From contig JAUZTB010000107.1 in the NCBI GenBank assembly GCA_034780895.1, forward strand, positions 67,806,960 through 67,870,959: a stretch of DNA of 64,000 bases. Reading direction: 5' to 3'. Positions within the stretch are counted from its first letter, which is position 1. The number at the start of each line of letters is the position of its first letter. The translations under genes were made by a program, and so were the position numbers. This document shows, piece after piece, positions 12,673 through 25,139 of this stretch. The notes below the pieces were generated by a model. That model saw only the letters and a list, made by a program, of their open reading frames with translations. It was not told the origin of the DNA and did no database searches. The stretch comes from Rhynchobatus australiae. Taxonomy: Eukaryota.

Positions 12673-13869
12673 ATGACTGCCACAACCTTCAGCAACAACG
12701 TGGAAAAACTCTCAAGTGCCAAAGAGGAGCGCAAGGTAAGAAAAATGATGCTGTCAGCGATGTTGGGTTTTGGAAGCGTGCAAATAAAACTTAACTTAAG
12801 TTACCACCGTGGCACGTGCTTACCCTGTGCACTTCTGTCCTGCAGTTAAGAAAACCTCTTATCGAAAGAAAACGGCGAGAGCGGATCAACAACTGCCTCG
12901 ACCAACTGAAAGAAACAGTGGTCAGCGCCTTTCGCCTCGATGTAAGTGGAGTGCCCGCGCTCTGCCCTTGCGTTTTGCACTAAATACATGCACTCTGCTG
13001 ATTTTTACTGAAACTGATTGGGAGTCGAGCATGACAACAGTTTTTCATTATTTTCTAGCAATCAAAACTGGAAAAAGCAGATATCCTCGAGATGACAGTG
13101 AAACATCTTCAGAATGTTCAAAACAGCAGGATGATGGGTGAGTTTCAGTTCAGTGATATTAGGAGCAATAACGTATAACAACGATACCAAGTCAATTTTA
13201 TGAATCTATGTCAAACTACAATGTATTCGATTTAATCTAAGCAACCTTGAGGTAATTGTTAGCTTTTAAAAACTTTATTTTAATGCCTGAAATTCGATTG
13301 CTTGTAAACACGCACGATTATAATTAGGAAATTGAAAGAAGCAATTCATTTTCTTCTAATATATGCCTATTCCTTGTTTTGTTTCAGCTGATACTAAAAT
13401 TGGACTCGAGGCTCAGCAGAGATATAGTGCTGGCTACATCCAGTGTATGCATGAAGTGCACAACCTACTATTAACATGTGATTGGATGGACAAAACTGTA
13501 GGAGCGCGCTTGTTGAACCACTTACTCAAGTCGCTGCCTCGATCCAGCGAAGATTCGCGCCAGCCCAGCCTGAAGACACCAGCCGTTAACCCCCAAACCT
13601 CAAAGAGTCAGCTCCCTTCGGTGACCCAGGGGAATATTCCTGCAGTTCACGCCGCTTCCTCGGGAGCTGTGGATCCATCTCCTCGCTCATCTCCTGACCG
13701 ACACTGCAATCCTGGGTTTAAAGTGTGCGGGAAAAATGTCGATCCATTTCCAAATCCTCCTGCAAACATGCACCTACCCGCCAGCTCTCCCACCCAACAG
13801 CTCCAAGAAGACTTGGCCTTAATGCATAATTCGCCTGTTGCATCGTCAGGCGTGTGGAGACCCTGGTGA
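12673..13869 (+). CDS. her8.2: Hes6-subfamily bHLH-Orange-WRPW repressor, her8.2/Hes6-2-like, 239 aa; join(12673..12735,12846..12941,13059..13137,13388..13869)
   Basis: Four exons with GT-AG junctions give one open frame of 720 nt: MTATTFSNNVEKLSSAKEERK/LRKPLIERKRRERINNCLDQLKETVVSAFRLD/QSKLEKADILEMTVKHLQNVQNSRMM/ADTKIGLEAQQRYSAGYIQCMHEVHNLLL...RLLNHLLKSLP...VWRPW. It has the basic-region Pro, the Orange domain and WRPW. AATAAA at 14134. Family is certain; the exact orthologue name (her8.2 vs her8a) is from recalled similarity. Confidence 0.93.
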
Positions 13870-16800
13870 AGAGATTGTGTGGCTTTACTAAAGATTAGAC
13901 TGTCCTTATGTATCTCATAGATATGCTTCTCGAAACACTGCTGGGCAAAAAAATGTCCCTTATGTGTGCTAAAATCAGGGTACTTCACGCTGAAGGGTGC
14001 TTATCCGTAGCCTATATTGTAGAAGGCGTTTACAATGTTGTATTCAATGAAATACATCTAATTTATTTGATAGAATGCTTGCGGGCTTTTAATTCCTCAT
14101 ATGTTATGTTTATATTTCAATTAACGACTTATTAATAAACATTGAAAATCACTGTGTCGCATTCTGCTAGTCTATTGATGCGTTAGATTTTAATGGTAGA
14201 GTCATGTGACCTAAGTATCGTAAGAAAACTGCTTTTCGCATTGCTGTCACTTTAACAACACTTAAAATAATAGAAAAGTTGTGCTATTTTACAAACTATG
14301 TTTACTTCTATGCATCACTGAGTTAACTTGAGCGTTCTGATATGAAAGGTTAAGTTCACCGTATTTGAACTTACAAATATATCAGCACAAAGGCAGGGAG
14401 GATGTTCCTTATATCTGCATTATTCATTTCCAAAGGGATCTTATCGTCCATTTCAATCGAAGATTAAAAATCAACCAATTATTTCAGAACCCGTCCGAAA
14501 TAAAACGATTAACGAAAGGTGATAGGGATAGTTAAACTAGTCTGTGTCCGGAAACTTAACAATAATGATCTCTTTGAGAAAAAGGATGAGGCGCGAAACT
14601 GCTTAGTTAAAACACGGAGCTGGGTTGTAACTTGTAAAAATGGAAGGGGAAGAAAAGGAACCGATTGTCACTCATAAAGCAAACATCACTCAAGTGCTAA
14701 TGGCGACTTCAGAAGTTTTTCCAATCCCCAATGGAAATCGTTGTGTTTTCTGTGATCTCTGGAGAGTGAAAGCTGTCGCTTTTAACACCAGAGTCCAGCC
14801 AAGCTTTGCTTTCATCTGGAAACGCCAAGTTTCCCACGGTCTTCAGGAGGCTAACGATCGAGCCATAAAACAGATCATTTGTGAATGTATTTAAGATTGC
14901 GAGCCCTGTTTTGCATTCGATCACAGTAGGACTCTTTCATGCAGCAAGCCCGACATGGAATTAGCCTAAATCAACACTTACTTCACAAAAACAAATCCTA
15001 ATTTTCGGTGCCCACCCTACCCCGTGCCATGAACATGAGCAGCGGGCAGCGGCAGAGACTACGTGGCATGGTGTGCCACGACCAGCATCATCAGCAGAGT
15101 GTTCCTCGGAGTGGAGCTCGACTCCTAACCACCAACTTAAAAGATCAGGGAGAACAGTGCGAGGTGAGAGCGTTCGCCTCATGGTACACATGAAAGAAGC
15201 GTTTTCCTGGAGACGTTTAATAATTCAGGTTACTGTGTATAGCGATCTGAGAAATTCAGCGAAATTATTTTATTCCCTAGTTGCACGGCATTTCCTTAAA
15301 GGCGATAAACGACTGTTATTGTACCCTGTAGTTTTAAAGTTCAACATTTTCAAGGGGTTGCAAGTATTTTCTCACGACATTTGCAATCCCCAAAGACACG
15401 AAATAAAAGGTGATATATCTGCTTTTAAATAAACTATACTGAGCATCTTAATATTGGAAGTCTGATTACTGAGATGATATCCGGCAGTTGAGCTTGAAAC
15501 CAGGCTGTTAAATTTAGATTTGGGGGTGGTGTGGACCGCTTTTGCAGGAGAAGAAGACTTACGCCAAAGGATCAAAATCAAGTTTAACTTGGCAACACTT
15601 GCCTCGTTCCTATGAGATTTATACGCCACTGCAGATCGGTGCAGGAAACTTCTAGAGTGTAAAGCTCTAACTCTGTCACTAAAGGAAATATTTATCTAAT
15701 TAAAACAATGAGCGACAGCGAAACAATTCCAGTTGCTTCATTACTTTACACAAACTTTAGTGAAAGCCCTTGACGGAGGGTTACACTGAATAATATAATC
15801 ACTTCCTTTGAAATTAAAAGCTGAATGATTACATGGCAAGTATTAAACAAATATGAAACACTTATATTTAACTTTGGTAAGATACTGTACAAATGTTTGT
15901 ATTTATATAGTACCTCTGATAAAGTTACAATGCCTCAAACCAATTAAGTATACTGTTGTAAAATGGGAAAATAGGAAACAGCAGCTAATTTAACACAACA
16001 GTCTCTCACGAATTACATTGTGAATCTCACGAATTGCAGCTGAGCTGGATTCAGTTTGCCACCTGGGGTTGCTGCCCACCACAATCTCTGCCCTTCTGCA
16101 CATACCTAGCCTGGAGATGGAGGCCTGATCTTGCTATCCCTCTGCATCCTCAAGGGCAGTGAGGTCTCAGCAATGACCAGGCCATGGGCAGCACAGTTCC
16201 CAGAACACCCCTCGACTAAGTTACCAGAGGGCAAAACTGGGGCAGAGCTTTAGCTTCTGTCGTAGCCTGCAATGGACTTAAAGAGTTTTTGAACGACTTT
16301 GACAATTTAGTGACATTTGAAAAACATTAAAAGTAACATTTTAAAATAAATAAGTCATTTAAACAACTTGAAAAAATAAATAATGAAGCAGATTAAACTA
16401 AGTAAAATAGTGTTTAAAAAACTTATTTTCCTCTTTGTCTCCTGATTCTGATCTGACTGGTGTAGGACTGGACAGGCAATTCTCCAATGTAACACCAGGG
16501 AATCTCACCCAAACTGCACTCCACCACCAGATTCCACATGGAGTCCAGTGATGGAGCACGGTGACATATACGGTGCCATCCATCTTGGATTTAGTGGATC
16601 AATGCAATTCTGGATCTTATTTTTTTTTGGAATTTCTTCCTCGCAGCAGTTCTCTTCAAAACTTGCCACAGCTGGGAAGTTCCTCCCCAGTGATGGTGAT
16701 AGCCAATTGCAGTGATGTTGGTTGGAGCCATGGGTGAGGCATGTGTCTGCTGAATTTGCCTTTCAAATGAGAATGATGAAGATAGCTCCATAAATTTTCA

Positions 16801-17859
16801 ATTCCAATAGAAGATAACTTCTACTCAAGCACATTTGATTTTTACAATTAATCTGACCAATGCTTTAATGCAAATAATAAACAATCATGTTTCATTTTCT
16901 TAATCAAAAATGAAACTGGTGTAATTTTATTTCTTAAAGCAGAATGGTAAATTAACTGTTCTAAACAATTGGAAAAATCATGTATATAACAAGATTATCT
17001 TTCATTTCTCATTTATTATTAAGTCTGGAAGNNNNNNNNNNNNNNNNNNNNNNNNNNNNNNNNNNNNNNNNNNNNNNNNNNNNNNNNNNNNNNNNNNNNN
17101 NNNNNNNNNNNNNNNNNNNNNNNNNNNNNNNNNNNNNNNNNNNNNNNNNNNNNNNNNNNNNNNNNNNNNNNNNNNNNNNNNNNNNNNNNNNNNNNNNNNN
17201 NNNNNNNNNNNNNNNNNNNNNNNNNNNNNNNNNNNNNNNNNNNNNNNNNNNNNNNNNNNNNNNNNNNNNNNNNNNNNNNNNNNNNNNNNNNNNNNNNNNN
17301 NNNNNNNNNNNNNNNNNNNNNNNNNNNNNNNNNNNNNNNNNNNNNNNNNNNNNNNNNNNNNNNNNNNNNNNNNNNNNNNNNNNNNNNNNNNNNNNNNNNN
17401 NNNNNNNNNNNNNNNNNNNNNNNNNNNNNNNNNNNNNNNNNNNNNNNNNNNNNNNNNNNNNNNNNNNNNNNNNNNNNNNNNNNNNNNNNNNNNNNNNNNN
17501 NNNNNNNNNNNNNNNNNNNNNNNNNNNNNNNNNNNNNNNNNNNNNNNNNNNNNNNNNNNNNNNNNNNNNNNNNNNNNNNNNNNNNNNNNNNNNNNNNNNN
17601 NNNNNNNNNNNNNNNNNNNNNNNNNNNNNNNNNNNNNNNNNNNNNNNNNNNNNNNNNNNNNNNNNNNNNNNNNNNNNNNNNNNNNNNNNNNNNNNNNNNN
17701 NNNNNNNNNNNNNNNNNNNNNNNNNNNNNNNNNNNNNNNNNNNNNNNNNNNNNNNNNNNNNNNNNNNNNNTCTGTCTCCAGCACACGAGCACACTTTCCC
17801 ATAGTGAGTTTCAGACCTCCACTGGGATGTTTTTAGAAAATCCAGGGGGAAGATGGAGG

Positions 17860-19120
17860 GAGTAGCATAATATAATCTCTATTACTGGAGAAAAAGGGCC
17901 AAACAAACTAATGGGACTATAGATTGACAGGTGTCTTGGACCTTATGGCCTGAATAGATAGTGGGTGCTTTGGAAGTGATCGTTCAAATTTCCCTCAATT
18001 CTGCAAAAATACCAGCAGATTGGAAAATGGAAAAGGTAATGCCCTTAATCAAGAAAAGAGGGAGAGGGAAAACAGAAAGGATAGGCTAGATTATCTGACA
18101 AATGTCACTGGGAATATCCTGGAATCTAATTTCAAGGAAACAGTAATTGGACATGTAGTAATTGTAATGTAATCAAATCATGCTACTATGAAAGGGAAAA
18201 TGGCAAATTTATTAGTCCTTTGAGGATATAACTGGCACAATTGATAAAGAAGAAACAGTATATTTCCAAAATGCATTTGATGAGGTGCCAAATATAAGGT
18301 TACTGCACAAGATAGGACCACATAGCATTAAGGGCAAGATACTGGGAATTAGTTAACCAACAAGAAACAGAGTCAGGATAAAAGGGACATCTTCAGAGTT
18401 GAAAGGCTTTAACTAGAAGGGTTCCACAGGAATCAGTGCTGGGGCCTTAGCTATTTGCAACTTATAATGGTGACTTAGATGAAGGGCCAGATTTACTCAG
18501 GATAAAATAAAGGTGAGAAACAAAATTTGAGGAAGACACAGAGGGGCTGCAAAGGAATATGGACATGTTAAGTGAATAGACAAAAACGGCAGATGGAGTA
18601 TAATGTGGAAAATTGTGAGGTTATCCGCATTGGCAGAGGAGAAAAGCTAAAGGATCTGAATGAACATGAAATATAAAACATTGACATGGAGATCCAGCAA
18701 GAAATTAGGAAGGCCAATGGAATGTTGGCCTTTGTTGCAAAAGGAATGGAGTATAAAAGAGGGGATGTCTAGCTATAGGTGTGCAGGGTGCAGCTGGAAT
18801 ACTATATACAGCTCTTGTCTTCTTATTTAAGAAGGGTTATATTTGCATTGGAGGAAGTTCAAAGAAGGTTCTTCATATGAAGAAGTTATTTCATGTGGAT
18901 AGGTCAAGCAGGCAGGGCTTATACTCCTTGGAGTTTAGAAGAATGTGAAATGACCTTATTAAAACCTGTAAAGCTCTCGACAGGATAGATGCTGAGAAAA
19001 TAATTTCCCTCAAGGACCAGGTAGCAGAGCTTCAGAACTAGGCTTTGTCCCACTAAGACAAAGGTGAAAAGAAATTTCTTAGGGGAATGTGAATCTTTAG
19101 AATTCTTTATCACAGAGATG
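17860..19120 (+). mobile_element. Decayed CR1 LINE, RT to 3' region
   Basis: Degenerate CR1 ORF2 motifs (IPADWKMEKVMPLIKKRGR, FQNAFDEVP, GVPQESVLGP, WQMEYNVENCEVI, GLYSLEFRR) with many frameshifts. Confidence 0.8.
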
Positions 19121-19149
19121 ACTATTTCTCCTATTTCTTATGTTCCAAG

Positions 19150-19620
19150 TGCTATGTCCAATTAACCAGACTATTGATAATTCCCTGCATCTTAAAACTT
19201 CCTAGTACACTATTAACCACATTGGTAAAGTTGGTATCACTGGCAAACACTCTTTAATGGCCCCTACATTAAAATCCACATTATTAAGTACCACAAAGAA
19301 CCAGGGACCTAGTATGTGACCCTACCAAACCCACTGAAACTCTCATTGACTTTCACTCTTTGTTTTTAAACAAATTTGCTTTTGAACAAATTTTTAACCA
19401 AGTTGTTATTGTTTTTCCTTGTATCCCAATCTGCCAAATGGGACTTGGTGGAATGCTTTCCTGAAGTCCATATAGATTACATCAAATGTATTTCCCTCAT
19501 GGGTCCTTCTTGTTACCTCTTCAAAAAAAAACTTCAATCCAATTAGTCAGAGACAACCTCCCCTGAACAAATCCATGCTATCTCTCTTTGATTAACCTGC
19601 ACTTCTGGAGATATGGTTTA
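19150..19620 (-). mobile_element. Decayed CR1 LINE RT fragment (opposite strand)
   Basis: Minus strand gives LIKER-HGFVQG and DVIYMDFRKAF-like remnants. Confidence 0.55.
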
Positions 19621-20689
19621 TGCCATCCTTCCATTTTCCCCATTACTTTTCTCCACTAATTATAGTTTCCCTTTTCATTAACTGGAGGTTATCCAAGCTA
19701 CAATCTTTCCTCTTTTCCTTCTTAGGCAAAGCTACCACAAAAGCCAATAGTTCTCCCACACCACACCTTATAGTCAAAGTGAATTGGAAAATTATATCCA
19801 AAGCTTGAGTTGTTTTTTACGTTGCCTCTGGGAGCCTGGAATACATTTGGTGATTACCCATTGCCTGGCGGGCATATTAATATGTCTTCTGAAACCTTCA
19901 GCCCAACAGCATTAGCCGTCTCAGAAATATTATGTGCGATCAAAACATCAGTGTCCACATGTATGCCGATGAATGAGGACATGCGTGGGACTTTAAATCT
20001 GACGGCTATGGGCGCACTGTATCCTTACATTACGCCGTTGGAGATGATTTTGACGGGTGGGGAGGAGGGAGTATGCTCCTGTTTACTCTTACAATGCACA
20101 CACAGACGGAAGACCATTAAAATTATTCAAAATAATTTTATTAAATCAAATAAGAAGCTCTCCCCTCCTTTCCCCCNNNNNNNNNNTCACTTCATTCTAA
20201 TGGAGTCTCTGTAACCCCCACCCCTTCTTCCCCCCAACCCCCACCCCAGAGCAGAGTAATCTGCGGAAGTTGACGCTGCTCCCTTGGACTCCGTGAGGAA
20301 TCTCTGGCTGATGCAGCTCTGGTGTCATTGTCACCCTCTGGTCGGGAATAGCCCAGCTGCAGGTGTAATTGCTCGCAAATCCAGGTGGACCTTGGCAGAA
20401 GATTTACCCCATTTCCTTCGGACCCCATCACAAACTTGTCACTAACCTTACGCTTGTCCTTGGCATTTGTCTGAAAATGAAGCAGCCTGTTGAAATGAAC
20501 AATATTTGATCAGGTGTTGAGGTTGGGACGACTTTCTCACCAAGACCTCTTATTTCTACGTCAGTAACTTCAGCCGGCTCCACTCCGTCTGAGCTCATTT
20601 TTATTAATATCTTTGCCACCTCTTCGTATGGCTTTTCTAATATGACTCCGCTGTTATAAAGAAGTCAGGTCACACAAACCTGCTGCCCA

Positions 20690-21060
20690 TATCCGAACTT
20701 GCACTGTATCCTGTTCACCCAACACCTCTGTGCTGAACCAATGACTCCTGATTAGACAGTGCCTCGATTTTAAAATCCCCACCTTTGCTTTCCAAACCCT
20801 GCGGGGCCTTCCGACTCTCTACCACCGTAAACACTTTAACCCCTTTAATTCCCCGGGATACCGTGGCCCTCAAATTCTGGCCTCTTATTTACTGCTGAAT
20901 ATGATTAATTTCCTGTTGGCGACGATCCTTCAGCGGCCCGGGCACCAAGTTCCGCCACAATATTCTCTCTCCATCCTGTTACTTCTCCTTCCTCCTTTAT
21001 GCGACTCCTTGTAACCTGCATCTTTGACGAACATTTTGGCCATCTGCTCCTTTCGCCTCT
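20690..21060 (+). mobile_element. Decayed L2-clade LINE 3' end
   Basis: TGACTCCTGATTAGACAGTGCCTCGATTTTAAAATCCCCACCTTTGCTTTCCAAACCCTGCGGGGCCTT resembles the L2 C-terminal LHWLPVxQRIDFKILxLxFKxLHGL motif. Confidence 0.55.
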
Positions 21061-23772
21061 CCTGTAGCTCGAGTTCAAATCTTGCTCTGCGATCAAAGAG
21101 CTCTGCGATATTTTGCTACGCTAGAAGTGCAGTACATATACAAGTTGCTCTTGTCCTTTTAAAGTTTGGAATCACTCTAAAACTCATGCAAACCACGGCT
21201 TTTCACTGAACGAGGCTATTCTCGTATTCTCTGTTCTTTTGCATCGAATGAGATACCTTAGATATTCCAGAACTGCGCTGAATTATAGACTGCACTTCAG
21301 ATCTCATTTATCTAGTACGGTTTTATTTTCTTGAAGCGATATTGTGGTGCCCGCGGATTAAATAGAATGAGGGCCAAGTCCAGATAAATGGGCTGAATCT
21401 TTTGGTAAATTTAGCCCATAACGACTGCACACACTACGTGTGTGAATGAGAGCTAGACAGGCAGTCAATGGCCTTGGCCTTGCCCCGCCCTTCCCGTTAT
21501 ACGATGCTATTGTTCCTTACTCATTGTGCATAGCAGTGGTTGGAAAATAACAATTGCTTGCTCGACGTTGCGATCCTTTGTCACTGTTGTCAGACTGGTC
21601 TTATCAAAATANNNNNNNNNNNNNNNNNNACTACAACTGAAGCTACTCCTTTGCATCATTTATATTTTAAGCCAGTGCTTCCACATCACAAATATCTTTG
21701 GTATTTGGTTCAAGATTTATCCATAAACACTCTTTGTTATTTTGCAGCAAAATAAATCTGTTGCAAGTGTATAGGCATTTGGGGTTTCTTTTACCCATTC
21801 GATTGAATTTTTCAGCGACTGTCTGGTACCTCCCCACATACCGCCCCAACATAATTTAAAAATTCACACAATTCCCAAAAGAAATTCAGGGTTCAGTATA
21901 CAAATAGATTGACTAAAACATCAGGAATCATTCTGTTATGATCCCCCTGCCATCTCTGCCAAGTGTTTGAAAATCATTTAGAGGCACAAAATTCGCAGGC
22001 AACCCCCGAAACGTATTCGGTGGGAGGCACATAGTCCTCTCTATTATCAGAATTATTTTCCAAGCCAACCATTCTTGAATACTGATGAAATATATTGAAA
22101 ACGAGAATCGGGTACGCCTGCTCGACCTAAACAAAAGGTTTCAACGACAGCTGCAAGATCCGCTGACCAGGTTGCATAATGACTGAGCCCAATTACGTTC
22201 ATGGCAAGGAGCCAATCTTTCCAAAGAGAGAAGAGAGAGAGAAAAAAAAATTAAAGCTCTGAATTGTAATCTTCATGTTGGTTGTGGAATTTACCTCATC
22301 ACCAACTGTCTGAATTATCCACTGAAAGTCCATAAAATTGCTTACCACTCCAAGCATTTTATAGTTTCTCTCCAAGCAATGCCTAAACGTGAACTAATTC
22401 ACTTTTTGTTATCTGAGAATAATATTTACATAAGAAACGTCTCACGTTAATCTTTCTGCTTTGGGGTGTGTGTTACTGTTCATTTATCGGGGACCTGTGC
22501 GTGTGAAACACATATTCGCGTACCAACCTTTTAGTGTTTGTTTCTTTTTATACACACCGTGGTTAAGAAACGGACAAAGACTTTCACTCCAACGTTCAAC
22601 GTGCAAAATGAACACGCACTTAAACCGTACACAGCAGGAAGACATCATGCTACTGGGAATGCGGTGCCCTCCCAGGATATATATTAAAAATGGAACTGAA
22701 ACTATACTCGATTGGTATAGCAAGCCTTTAAATCTCACCAACTACCAGCCACGACGTAAACCGCAGTGTTAAAAGAGGCTGCACGGGAGAAGCACCAAGT
22801 GAATATGCAGCAGAATCTGAGCGAATGCAAAGACATTTCTATTGTATTCCAGTAGCACATTTCCAAACAACTTGTAGAGTCACTTTTGAGGTCCTTTCCA
22901 TAGGATGCAAAACACTTTTTCTTTGCTTTCAGGCATGTTCTTTAGAGTGGGAATGCTGGACAATATTGCGTGTTTACTGTTCCAATAAAACTGGATAAGT
23001 GGTAGTTAAAAGGGGCCGATTTACATAATTGATCTGACAAGAGTGTAATCTTTAAAATAGCGGGTAAATGACTTATGCTGATTTTGTACCCAGCAAATCA
23101 CTTTTGCAGAAATCAGTGCAGGAAGAGGCGCAGGATGGATGTAGTTTGGATATAATAAATATGACAGATACATGGCACTGGAAGTAAAAGACGAAAACAA
23201 ATGAAACGAGAGCTAACACCTGTCGCTTGCTGCTTAGAGATAGGCTAATGCTCTTATTTGTTTCATTCTGGCGAAAGACTGCAGCTGCTAACTGTCAGCA
23301 TCATGTTACATTTCACCTACATACCCAGAAATAGATTCTTCTCCGAATGCAGAGGAATGAACTATTTTTTGTTTTGTTTTCCTTAATTTTCACAGTCGGT
23401 CTCATCTTTTCTGAAAAAAAAAGTTATTAAAATTAACCCTCTCAAATCAAGATACACAATTTGGTTATTTTTAATTCCCTTATACCTATTCAGCTGGAGA
23501 AATGCGTTGATATTTAAAGTGGTTTCGTTTCCCGAGACTTCATTGAAGTGTGAAGGCATAATAAACAATTCCTGTCCGAAGTTCCACCATCTTATACCGT
23601 AAACAGTGAAGCCAATTGTTTCCTAATTGTGGCTGTAAGGAACTGGCCTGCAATTGATAGCTAACGTTTTGGAATGCGAGGACAGGATGGTGTAGTGTTT
23701 GGTTCCAAAAAAAAATGTACAGTTCTGTTGTGTCGAATTGCATAACAAATAACTTTAAAAGTCCCATTTACT

Positions 23773-23926
23773 CACGTGGCTCGCCAGAGCCTGACAGCAG
23801 GCAGAGCGCAGTATTGAGCCCCACACAAAGCATTGCACTCCCATTGGATAAGCTAATAACCTTTAGGCGTCCTCGGGACGCGCCGCTCCCCGGCTATTGA
23901 AATGCAAACGAGCGGGTATAAATAGA
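23773..23926 (+). promoter_or_regulatory. hes6 proximal promoter (E-box, inverted CCAAT, TATA)
   Basis: CACGTG 23773-23778, ATTGG 23843-23847, TATAAATAGA 23917-23926, about 150 bp upstream of the ATG at 24071. CpG-rich. Confidence 0.65.
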
Positions 23927-24070
23927 GAGATTGCCAACGGCAGGGTACAGTGAATAAAAAGGAGATTGTACGCGTACCAGCTGCTAGCGAAACGTGCTTT
24001 TTGGTGGGAGGATTTTTTTTTATTTTTTTTAAAAGAAATATTTGGGAAGGTTGTTGGAATCCTAAACAAT

Positions 24071-25139
24071 ATGGCTCCAGCCTGCAAACCAGGATCTGTC
24101 AGGGATGAAGGAGACTTTTATGCAGTGAAAGAAGATCGGAAGGTAAGATCGCACATTTAAAAAGGGCAACTCCGAGTCCGGCGGCTGTGCATGAAAAATG
24201 TCATTCTAACTCCGGGCGTTTCTTTATGCGGTTGCAGACTCGCAAGCCACTGATCGAGAAGAAGAGGCGAGCCCGCATTAACGAAAGCTTGCAAGAACTA
24301 AGGCTGATCTTGGCGGATACGGAAGTGAGTTTTAAGTTGTACTGATGGGAAAAAAAATCCTTCAGATTTCAGTTATGATTTTTAAAAAAGAAATTTAAAA
24401 TGTGCTAAATATTCTCAGCTGCAGTCGAAAATGGAGAACGCGGAGGTGCTGGAGATGACGGTGAAACGNNNNNNNAACCTACTTTGCAACAGAAATGTTG
24501 GTGAGTAGTTTATAAGGCAGAAATAAAAGATTGGAAGTTAATAGGATTTGGAAATCCATTGCAAATATCATCGCATTGCATAGCCTTTGTAGAAAGCGAG
24601 CTGTAAATTTTAATGGCAATTGTTGCGATAGGAAGCTATTTCTTTTTAAAAAGGAAAAATTCTCCCTTCTCTCCCTGTTGGCAGAAAAGGAGAGGTTTAA
24701 CGAGGAAGCGAATGAGAGGTTTGCAGCTGGCTACATCCAGTGCATGCACGAGGTCCACACTTTCGTTTCAAACTGTCCGGGGATCGACTCTGGAGTAGCC
24801 GCCGATTTACTGAATCATCTACTGGAGTCTATGCCACTGAGCGAAGATCACTTTCAGGATTTACTGGGTGAATTAATGGCCGAAACGAGCCCCAGTATGT
24901 GGCCTGGGCCCGACGATGTGTGCCTTGTATTGGCGTCCCCCGCAGGTAGAGACCAGCTCAGCTCCTCTGCACTGTCTCCTGTATCCACTGCCTCCACCGA
25001 TGATGTGTACTCCGATCTCGATGACGCGGATTCATCTACTGCAGGGCAGAGCCCCTTGTTGCAAGAGAAAGTAGATAACTGTAGGACAGAAAACACCTCC
25101 CCTGCAATGTACTCAAAGTCGGTCTGGAGGCCGTGGTAA
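24071..25139 (+). CDS. hes6: Transcription cofactor HES-6, 231 aa; join(24071..24142,24238..24324,24419..24500,24685..25139)
   Basis: GT-AG exons give 696 nt in frame; the 7 N at 24469-24475 preserve the frame: MAPACKPGSVRDEGDFYAVKEDRK/TRKPLIEKKRRARINESLQELRLILADTE/LQSKMENAEVLEMTVKR..NLLCNRNV/EKERFNEEANERFAAGYIQCMHEVHTFVS...LLNHLLESMPL...DDVYSDLDD...VWRPW. The short HLH loop, KMENAEVLE, RFAAGYIQCMHEVHTFVS and the acidic SDLD motif are diagnostic of Hes6. AATAAA at 25510 and 25870. Confidence 0.95.

Noticed and set aside
13647-13988. Antisense ORFs over the last exons of the hes genes (also 24854-25171) and over per2 (59961-60524)
   Set aside because: Shadow frames of real coding exons, with no recognisable domain or splice structure.
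16980-17804. Long ORFs in the track made mostly of X (also at 3071, 6165, 39328, 58366 and others)
   Set aside because: They are open only because they cross assembly N gaps; no coding evidence.
24469-24475. N run in hes6 exon 3 as a possible frameshift or pseudogene sign
   Set aside because: Seven N keep the frame and fit the expected R-x-x-N spacing; it is just missing data.
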